In this document: piece after piece, positions 57,017 through 64,000 of the stretch
Position numbering within the stretch: the first letter of the stretch is position 1
How the letters are laid out: each line of letters starts with the position of its first letter
Assembly: GCA_044223005.1 (NCBI GenBank)
Contig: JBGAML010000001.1
Location: 384,001-448,000 of the forward strand
Source of the DNA: Candidatus Eiseniibacteriota bacterium
GTDB lineage: Bacteria > Eisenbacteria > RBG-16-71-46
Reading direction: 5' to 3'
Length of the DNA: 64,000 bases
Made by a program: the position numbers and the translations under genes
Notes under the pieces: model-generated
Told to the model about the DNA's origin: nothing
Seen by the model: the letters and a program-made list of their open reading frames with translations, nothing else
Database searches by the model: none

Positions 57017-57865
57017 TCAGGCGTGCGCCGTGCCCTTTCGTGCGCGCTTCACGATCGTGACGACTGCGCCGTGCACGCAGAGCAGGACCGAGAGCGTGAC
57101 CAGGATGCTCGGCGCCGCCGGCATGTCGAACGTCACCGACCCGAGGAGGCCGAGGACGCTCGCCAAGAATCCGAACACCCAGCCGATCGCCAGCGCGACG
57201 CCGGTGCGCCCCGACGCCATGAGTCCGGCGACCGCGGGAATCACGAGGAAGCCGAACACCAGCAGCACGCCCGCGATCTGCACGGACGACGTGACCACGA
57301 ACCCGAACGTGGCGTAGAACAGGAAATCCCAGAGAAACACTCGGCGCCCGCGCCGTTCCGCGCCCTCGGGATCGTGCGTGATCTCGAAGAACGGCCCCCG
57401 CAGGAACCAGTGCACGACGCCGACGACGGTGTAGAGCGCGGCGACCTTCGCCACGTGGTTCGGGTCCACCGTGAACAGCGAACCCACGAGCGTCTCCTTG
57501 AGGTGCTCCGGGCCCGACGGAGACTTCTCGAGGATCAGGAAGACCGCCGCCTGCGCGGTCGCGAACACGATGCCGATGAACGCCTCCAGCGGCACCGTGC
57601 GCGAGCGACCGCGCAGCCAGGCGAAGAGCGCCGCGCCCACGAACGTCATCCCCAGAGCGAGCAGGTACGAGCCCAGCTCGTCGTGCTCCCGGCCGAGCAC
57701 GACGCCCAGCGCCACGCCGAGCGCCGCCATCTGCGCGAGCGCGAGGTCCACGAACAGCACCCCGCGCCGCACGATGTGGAACCCGAGGTAGGCGTGGATC
57801 CCCGCCAGCACGAGCGCCGCCAGCGCGGCGGTCTGGAAGAACGGCAGGCGCAGCGCGTCCATCAT
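57017..57865 (-). CDS. Metal ABC transporter permease (ZnuB/MntB-like)
   Basis: H.YLG.H..RRG..FVDLALAQ.AALG; GVLLVF.FL.IPA; multi-TM; ATGA overlap with the SBP gene. Confidence 0.88.
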   Translation of the reverse strand: MMDALRLPFFQTAALAALVLAGIHAYLGFHIVRRGVLFVDLALAQMAALGVALGVVLGREHDELGSYLLALGMTFVGAALFAWLRGRSRTVPLEAFIGIVFATAQAAVFLILEKSPSGPEHLKETLVGSLFTVDPNHVAKVAALYTVVGVVHWFLRGPFFEITHDPEGAERRGRRVFLWDFLFYATFGFVVTSSVQIAGVLLVFGFLVIPAVAGLMASGRTGVALAIGWVFGFLASVLGLLGSVTFDMPAAPSILVTLSVLLCVHGAVVTIVKRARKGTAHA

Positions 57866-58752
57866 TTCGCGGTCCCTCCCGCCAGCAGCGCCAGGACGCG
57901 GTCGAAGTGCGCGAGGTAGCTGCCGGCCGCGTCGGTGTCGCAGGCGGACGACGCGACCACGGCGCGCACGCCGGCGTTGCGGGCCAGGAACTGCGCCGCG
58001 TCGGCCGAGAAGTACGGCTCCTGCAGCAGCACGCCGACCTTGCGCGCCTTCGCGAGCTGCACGAGTTCGGCGAGGTGCCGCGCCGTCGGCGGGATTCCCG
58101 GGACCGGCTCCACCGTCGCGACGACCTCGAGGCCGAACGCGTCGGCGAAGTAGGTCCACGAGCGGTGGTAGGTGAAGATCGTCCGGCTCGGCAGCTGCTC
58201 GGCCGCGGCGCGGCCGCGCGCGTACGCCGCCTGGCATTCCTTGCCGAACGCGTCGGCGCGAGCCCGGAAGTCGGCCGCGTGCGTGGGATCCACGCGTGCG
58301 AACGCCTCGGCGATGTTGTGCGCCGCGACCGCACCGTTGCGCGGGTCGAGCCAGAAGTGCGGGTTGCCGTTCGGGTGCACGTCGCCCATCGACGCGTCCA
58401 CCTTGGCGGGCTTCTCGAGCACCGACACGCCCTGCGAGCAGTCCACCTTGAGGATCTTGTCGTTGCGCGAGCCGTCGACGATGGCGTCGGCCCACTGGTC
58501 GAGCGAGAGCCCGACCTCGAGGAACACCTGCGCGCGCGACACCTTCACCATGTACGAGGGCAGCGCCTCGACGCGGTGCGGGTCGGCGTTGGGCCGGGCG
58601 ATCGAGAAGACCTCGACCTGGTCGCCGCCGATGGAGTTGGCGATCGAGGCGAGGTCGGTGGTCGAGGCGGCGACGCGGATCTTCGCGCTCGCGGCGCCCG
58701 CCGGGATCATTGCCGCAGCGGCGAGCGCCACGGCGAACAGGATTCGCTTCAC
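57862..58752 (-). CDS. Metal ABC substrate-binding protein (ZnuA/TroA-like)
   Basis: DPH, GDVHP.GNPH.WLDP, YH.SW.YF, E..PGIPP...HL. Confidence 0.92.
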   Translation of the reverse strand: MKRILFAVALAAAAMIPAGAASAKIRVAASTTDLASIANSIGGDQVEVFSIARPNADPHRVEALPSYMVKVSRAQVFLEVGLSLDQWADAIVDGSRNDKILKVDCSQGVSVLEKPAKVDASMGDVHPNGNPHFWLDPRNGAVAAHNIAEAFARVDPTHAADFRARADAFGKECQAAYARGRAAAEQLPSRTIFTYHRSWTYFADAFGLEVVATVEPVPGIPPTARHLAELVQLAKARKVGVLLQEPYFSADAAQFLARNAGVRAVVASSACDTDAAGSYLAHFDRVLALLAGGTAK

Positions 58753-58762
58753 GGACGTCCTC

Positions 58763-59905
58763 CTAGAACTGGTGGGCCTTGTGCGGTCCCATGGACCACA
58801 GGACCCGGAAGGTGACGGTGTCGATGGCGTCGGGCGACGGCGCGCCCGCGGGCGCCGCGGGCGTGAAGCGCTCCCAGCCGATCCGGAAGGACGTGGTCTC
58901 TTCCATCAGCGCGAGCCCGGCGAACGCTCCGAACGCGGTGGCCGTGGCGTTCCCCGCCGCGGGATCCTGGAAGCTCTCGAACGAGAGGCCCGCGTCGTAG
59001 CGCGGGCTGAAGTTCCAGTCCACGTAGGCGTAGCCGCCGTTGGGGCGGAAGTGGGTCTTCGTGTAGGCCGCCGTCGTGGAATCCCAGCCGGCCTCCTCGC
59101 GGTCGAGACCGAGGTACTCCGCCTGCACGAGCACGTAGGCGTTCGCGCCAGTCCAGTACTTGAGCTTCGCGTCGCCGCCGAACACGGCCGTTCGCGTCGC
59201 CGCGGCCACGTCGTTGGTGCCCTGCGTGTAGGACGTCCCCAGCTCGAGCCCGGAGCGATCACCGATCGGGATGAAAGCGGACAGCCGCCCGAGTCCGGCA
59301 GGTCGTGGCTCCAGCGCGCGGTCGTCGCCGCCCGTCTCGAGCGGGTCGTTCGTCGCACCCGAGGGCTCCCGGGGGACGCGGAACGAGTCCCCCTGCAGCC
59401 AATCCGCCGACGCCGTGAGCGCCACGTCGTGCGGAAGCGCGAGCTGTTCGGAAACCTGCACGCCGGTCTCGTTGAACGCTTCGTCCCCCGGCAGGTATGC
59501 CGCGAGCACGTGGAACCGCTCGGCGAACGGGTACGCGTGCGGGTGCTGGGCGTTCAGCTTGCCGAACCCGACGCGATACTTGCCGCCCTTGATGGCGAGG
59601 CCGCCCGGCAGGCCCCGCAGCACGTTGAAGTACGCCTCTTCCACGTCGACGCCGCCGTCCGCGAACGACATGACCGCGGTGCCGCGGGCGTACGGATTGA
59701 GGTACGAATCGAACATCACCTCGGTCTCGCCGACGTCGAGCGTCGGCCGCTTCGCGGCCGGGTCGGTGAGGTCGTTCGTCCAGCGCACGATCGGCTGGCC
59801 GATGAGTGAGATGTCGGGATTGACCACGCCCGCGGTCGCGGGCGGAACGAACAAGGCCGTGGCGGCAGCAACCGCGACGGCGAGGCACACGAATGCCCCA
59901 CGCAT
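58763..59905 (-). CDS. Outer-membrane beta-barrel associated with metal ABC operons
   Basis: Signal peptide; NPDIS.IG; EEAY; FGKLN.QHPH; C-terminal GPHKAHQF; RBS GGAGG. Confidence 0.8.
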   Translation of the reverse strand: MRGAFVCLAVAVAAATALFVPPATAGVVNPDISLIGQPIVRWTNDLTDPAAKRPTLDVGETEVMFDSYLNPYARGTAVMSFADGGVDVEEAYFNVLRGLPGGLAIKGGKYRVGFGKLNAQHPHAYPFAERFHVLAAYLPGDEAFNETGVQVSEQLALPHDVALTASADWLQGDSFRVPREPSGATNDPLETGGDDRALEPRPAGLGRLSAFIPIGDRSGLELGTSYTQGTNDVAAATRTAVFGGDAKLKYWTGANAYVLVQAEYLGLDREEAGWDSTTAAYTKTHFRPNGGYAYVDWNFSPRYDAGLSFESFQDPAAGNATATAFGAFAGLALMEETTSFRIGWERFTPAAPAGAPSPDAIDTVTFRVLWSMGPHKAHQF

Positions 59906-60009
59906 GGAATGTCCTCCGGAACGGGAAACGGAGCGCGGCGCGCGGCGGACGCCGCGGCGCGAACGATCGAGCGGATGAAGGGAGCGCGGGCGCGGAGGGC
60001 CCGCGAGGC

Positions 60010-60321
60010 TCAGATCGCCGGAGGGGCGCGAGGTGCTGCGGCGCGCCACGCCGTGGCGAGCACGGGTTCGGTCGCAGCGCCGGGCACCGAAACCCAGGCG
60101 TGGACGTGCGGCGTGGGCGCGTGCGTCTCGGCGGCGAGCACGCTCGCGGCGTGCAGGCCGGCGCACGCGACGCAGGCGTGCGGCGCGTGCTCGGAACCGC
60201 AGGCGGGATCCTGCAGGTGGTGCAGGCCGTGGAACACCGCGCCCAGCAGCAGGACCGCCAGCAGCAGCGAGCCGATGCGGGAACGGAAGGCCTGTCCGAG
60301 GTCGAAACGCGCCGGAATCAT
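60010..60321 (-). CDS. DUF2946-like leader protein (TM, His/CxxC, C-terminal RAPP)
   Basis: Hydrophobic helix, HGLHH..D.AC...H..H.CVAC...H, ends PRAPPAI. Confidence 0.75.
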   Translation of the reverse strand: MIPARFDLGQAFRSRIGSLLLAVLLLGAVFHGLHHLQDPACGSEHAPHACVACAGLHAASVLAAETHAPTPHVHAWVSVPGAATEPVLATAWRAAAPRAPPAI

Positions 60322-61883
60322 ACGGGCGCGGAGTCTGTCACGGCCTCCGGGCTATTGACAACGACTTCCTGCTGTACGCCGTTGGTGCACGGCCAGCAGA
60401 TCCGGAACTCCGAGCCCCGGCCGGGCGCGCTCGTGACACCGATCTGACCTCCCGCCTGCCGCACGGCGCTGTAGACGATCGCGAGCCCGAGCCCCGTGCC
60501 CTGGTCGCCGGGCTTGGTGGTGAAGAACGGTTCGAAGATGCGCGCCCGCGTCGCCTCGTCCATGCCGCTGCCGTCGTCGGCCACCGTCAGCGCGACGTGG
60601 GCATCGACGGCCGACAGGGCGCAGCTGGGGCACGTGCCCCCGGGGGCGATCCGTGCGAGCGCGACGCGGATCGTGCCGCCGTCGTTGCACGCGTCGCGAG
60701 CGTTGACGACGAGGTTCAGGATCACCTGCTCGAACATGGCCCGGTCCGCCACGATCTCCGCGGGCCCCGGGGCCGCCGGCAGTTCGAGCGTGACCGACGC
60801 CCCCACGAGCCGATGCAGCATCGGCGCCATCTCGGCAAGCACGCTCGCCGGGTCGATCCGGACCGGATCCGCGCCGCGCCCGCGCGTGAACGCCAGTAGT
60901 TGCCGGGTCATCGCGGCGCCCCGTGCGCCGGCGCAGTGGATCGCGACCAGTGCCTCGCGCTCCGCCGGTCCCTGTGCGGGCCGCGCGTCGAGCAGTTCGG
61001 CCTGTCCCGTGATCGCCGTGAGCACGTTGTTGAAGTCGTGTGCGACGCCCGCGGCCATGCGGCCCAGCGCCTCCATCTTCTGCGTCTCGGCGAGGCGGCG
61101 CTCGAGCCGAGTACGCATCTCCATCTCACGCCGGAGCGATTCGTTCGCCTCGCGCAGGCCTTCGCCCGCCACTTCCAACTCGGCGCGCGCCCGCCGCTGG
61201 GTCACGCCGAGCATGTACCCGGTCGCGCCCAGCACCAGCACGAGCGCCGGAAGGATGAAACCGCCGTGGCGCGGCACGAGGCCGTGGTCCGCCATCACCC
61301 CCGCCGCGTTGGCGACCACGACCACCAGGAGCGCGGCGACCGTGCCCGCCGCGAGGACGGGTGCCCGCGCGCGTGCGAGCCGCACCACGTACGGGGCGCC
61401 GGCGAACAGCGCGGCGACGTTGTAGGCGTGAAACGCCGTGGTCCACGCGCCGGGCCGGGCGGTGAAGCCCCGGTCGACCGTCCACGCACCCGGCTCGGGC
61501 GTCTCCCAGGCGAGACGCAGGCTCGCGGGCGAGAGCACGTCGGCGACGCCGAGCACGAGTCCGCCCGCGAGGAGCCCGGCCTGAACGGGAATCGCCGGCG
61601 CCTCGTTGCGCGCAGCGGCCATGCACCAGACGAACGCCGCCGAGCACCCGAGCGCGCCCAGTACCTGGACGCGCAGCGCCACGGCGGCATGGGCGGCGGC
61701 GGCGGCACCGATGTATCCCGCGAGGCCGAAGAAGTAGACGGCCGCGGCGACCGACATGGCGACGAACGGTGTGAGGCCCCGACGGCCGGGGTCCCCTGCG
61801 CGCATGGCGAGTACGACGAGCAGCGCGCCGACGGCGGCACCGCCGGCGATCGATTCCAGTGGCGAGAGTCTCGCGAAATCCAA
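60318..61883 (-). CDS. Membrane sensor histidine kinase (multi-TM input, HisKA, HATPase; no receiver); start uncertain
   Basis: QKMEALGRMAAGVAHDFNN; NLVVNARDA; DDGSGM; FEPFFTTK...GTGLGL. TTG start after AGAGGG. Confidence 0.85.
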   Translation of the reverse strand: MDFARLSPLESIAGGAAVGALLVVLAMRAGDPGRRGLTPFVAMSVAAAVYFFGLAGYIGAAAAAHAAVALRVQVLGALGCSAAFVWCMAAARNEAPAIPVQAGLLAGGLVLGVADVLSPASLRLAWETPEPGAWTVDRGFTARPGAWTTAFHAYNVAALFAGAPYVVRLARARAPVLAAGTVAALLVVVVANAAGVMADHGLVPRHGGFILPALVLVLGATGYMLGVTQRRARAELEVAGEGLREANESLRREMEMRTRLERRLAETQKMEALGRMAAGVAHDFNNVLTAITGQAELLDARPAQGPAEREALVAIHCAGARGAAMTRQLLAFTRGRGADPVRIDPASVLAEMAPMLHRLVGASVTLELPAAPGPAEIVADRAMFEQVILNLVVNARDACNDGGTIRVALARIAPGGTCPSCALSAVDAHVALTVADDGSGMDEATRARIFEPFFTTKPGDQGTGLGLAIVYSAVRQAGGQIGVTSAPGRGSEFRICWPCTNGVQQEVVVNSPEAVTDSAPV

Positions 61884-62036
61884 GGACGAACCCTCTGCGG
61901 CCACGTTGCCGCATCGGTCGAGGGTGCGCTTCCATGGAAACTCCGCGCCCGCGCAGGGGGACCGGTGCGGGGAGATCTGGCGCGGCTTCCTTCCCGGTCG
62001 AGAAAACCCTAGCACTCCTCGTGAAGAGGTTTCCCC

Positions 62037-62768
62037 TCAGCGCCCCTCGGAGGGGGACCGTGCGGGTGTCGGCAGGCCGCCGGGTTCGCGGCCGAGTTCG
62101 CGCCCGAGGTCGCGCGCGAACTGTTCGAGCACCGCGGCGCGACGGAGCGCCTCCTCGCGGCCCGCGGCCGTGCGCATGGTCGCCGGCAGGCGCAGGAGCT
62201 TGGTGAAGAAGTGGTCGAGCGAGAATCGCTCGTCGTCGAGTTCGCGGGACTCCGCCCACGGGTCCGCGGCGTCGAACCACGCGCCTCCCATGCGGATACC
62301 CGTGCTCACGCAGCGCAGCAGCCCGATCGCACCGAGCGCTTCGAGCCGATCGGCGTCCTGCAGCGCCTCGCCCAGCGGGCCGTCGGGAATCGCGCCGCGG
62401 CTGAAGCTGTGATCGCGGATCGCGCGCGCCACGCGTTCCACCGCCGCGGCGTTCCAGCCGGCGCGCGCGAGCCGCTCGCGCGCGAGATCCGCCGAGCGTT
62501 CGCTCGCGAGAGCGCGTTCGTTCGAGTTCTTGGGGACGTCCACCGCGTCGTGCATCAGCGCCGCGGCGATCGCCTCGCGCGCGTCCACCGCGTCGCCGCC
62601 CAGTCGCAGCGTCCAGAGCGCGACACGCAGCGCGTGCTCCGTGTCGTGCGCGGCATCGCGCGCTTCCGTCCCGTCGCGGGCGCGGGCCTCGGCGAGCAGC
62701 GCGGCGAGGAGCGGATCGGCGGCGATGCGCGCCGCAAGCGCCACGGCGTCGTCGAGGTGCGGGATCAT
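62037..62768 (-). CDS. HD-domain phosphohydrolase
   Basis: AHD..H..RV, AALMHD, HSFS, QDADRLEALGAIG..R, DHFFTKLL.L. Confidence 0.88.
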   Translation of the reverse strand: MIPHLDDAVALAARIAADPLLAALLAEARARDGTEARDAAHDTEHALRVALWTLRLGGDAVDAREAIAAALMHDAVDVPKNSNERALASERSADLARERLARAGWNAAAVERVARAIRDHSFSRGAIPDGPLGEALQDADRLEALGAIGLLRCVSTGIRMGGAWFDAADPWAESRELDDERFSLDHFFTKLLRLPATMRTAAGREEALRRAAVLEQFARDLGRELGREPGGLPTPARSPSEGR

Positions 62769-62859
62769 GCGCGCACTCTACCGCGGCGGCGCCGGCGCGC
62801 GGCCGCAAAAGACGGCGCGCCGCGGGATCGCTCCCGCGGCGCGCGCGATCCGACGGGGC

Positions 62860-63417
62860 TCAGACGCGCCCGATGACTTCGCCCGTCCGCGTGTCCACGC
62901 GAACCTTGTTCCCGGGCTCGATGTGCGCGGGCACCTTCACCTCGAGACCGGTTTCGAGGATCGCGGGCTTCTTGGTGTTCTGCACCGCAGCGCCCTTGAT
63001 GTTCGGCGTCGTCTCCTTGACCTCGAGCTCGACGAACATCGGCGGCTCGATGCCGACGACCTTCCCCTGCCAGTAGCTGGCCGTGATCATCATGCCTTCG
63101 GTCAGGTAGCCCGCCGAATCGCCGAGCACGTCCTTCGAGAGTTCGATCATCTCGTAGGAGTCCGTGTTCATGAAGTGGAAGTCGTCGCCCGCCTTGTAGC
63201 TGAACTGCAGGTTCTGCTCGTCCAGGGAGGCTTTCTCGACCTTGTCTTCCGAGCTGAACCGGACTTCCTGGTTGCTGCCGTTCTCGATGTTGACGAGCTT
63301 CGCCTGCACGAAGCCGCGCAGGTTGCCGGGGGTGCGGTGCACCATCTGCGCGACGCGGTGCGGTTTTCCGTTGTAGAGGATCAGGTAACCGACCCGGATT
63401 TCGGTGGCTGCGATCAC
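62860..63417 (-). CDS. efp: Elongation factor P
   Basis: GTG start after AAGGAG; HRTPGNLRGFVQ; FMN...YE; KPA.LETG...VP..I..G....VDTR.G. Confidence 0.93.
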   Translation of the reverse strand: MIAATEIRVGYLILYNGKPHRVAQMVHRTPGNLRGFVQAKLVNIENGSNQEVRFSSEDKVEKASLDEQNLQFSYKAGDDFHFMNTDSYEMIELSKDVLGDSAGYLTEGMMITASYWQGKVVGIEPPMFVELEVKETTPNIKGAAVQNTKKPAILETGLEVKVPAHIEPGNKVRVDTRTGEVIGRV

Positions 63418-63619
63418 GGACTGCTCCTTCGCGTGGTTCGAAGTGACGACCGGGGGAAGCGGAGCCCCTCGGAGGCCCTCCCCACTGCCGATGCGGCCGA
63501 CGATTGTACCCGATGCCCCGGAACGCTCCCAAATTCCCCGCGCGGGCGTGGCGCCGGCCGGGCCGTCCCGCTAAGCTGCCGTCCGCCAACGACCTCCCTC
63601 CTTCACCCGGAACACCGTC

Positions 63620-64000
63620 ATGTCCCTGCTGCCCGACGCCGACACGCTCGCCCGCTTCACGCTCGCCCCCGGCTTCGCCACCGCGTCCACCGCGTGTGGC
63701 CTCAAGAAGAGCGGCGCGCCCGATCTCGCGCTGGTCTGGAGCGAGCAGCCGTGCACGGCCGCGGGCGTGTTCACCACCAATCGCGTGCAGGCCGCGCCGG
63801 TGCAGGTGGACCGCGACGCGCTGGCGGCCGCGGCCGGGCGCATCCGCGGCGTGCTCGCGAATGCCGGCTGCGCGAACGCGGTCACCGGCGAGCGCGGGCT
63901 CGCCGACGCGAAGCGCATGCAGGCGATCGGCGCGGCGGCGATCGGCGCCGCGGACGACGAAGTGCTCGTGCTGTCGACCGGCGTGATCGGCGTGTTCCTC
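63620..64000 (+). CDS. argJ: Ornithine acetyltransferase ArgJ, 5' partial
   Basis: PGF......GLK..G.PDLAL, AAGVFTTNRV.AAPV, NAGCANAVTG..G..DA, V.VLSTGVIG. Confidence 0.92.
   Translation, partial: MSLLPDADTLARFTLAPGFATASTACGLKKSGAPDLALVWSEQPCTAAGVFTTNRVQAAPVQVDRDALAAAAGRIRGVLANAGCANAVTGERGLADAKRMQAIGAAAIGAADDEVLVLSTGVIGVFL

Overview
Very GC-rich bacterial chromosomal window with about 50 densely packed CDS and no rRNA, tRNA, CRISPR array, integrase or transposase that I can support. Secreted proteins ending in a 'TWGxxKxxYR' tail or an FlgD-Ig/T9SS-CTD-like domain suggest a Candidatus Eisenbacteria-like (FCB-affiliated) organism; this is inference. Housekeeping genes (rlmD, pepA, glutamine-dependent nadE, pduO-type adenosyltransferase, efp, argJ, ABC/MFS transporters) are mixed with many envelope proteins and lipoproteins. 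Most notable: (i) a Rho whose OB-fold RNA-binding domain is missing and replaced by an Arg/Gly/Gln low-complexity tail, with the ATPase motifs intact; (ii) an N-terminally truncated Lon with degenerate Walker B and pore loop but an intact Ser-Lys dyad, and a ClpX paralogue lacking its zinc-binding domain; (iii) three candidate structured RNAs: a riboswitch-like attenuator with c-di-GMP-II-like features, a stand-alone ~270-nt RNA, and a 280-nt leader of a B3/4 editing gene; (iv) an ECF sigma/Ser-Thr kinase module with a repeated candidate promoter in front of two large secreted proteins; (v) a Cys-rich bacteriocin-like precursor followed by a small membrane protein; (vi) a DUF2946-like CxxC/RAPP leader gene upstream of a metal-import operon; (vii) recurrent signs of leaderless translation. 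Family calls come from motif recognition by eye, without database searches. Start codons were re-picked using RBS/promoter context and may be off.
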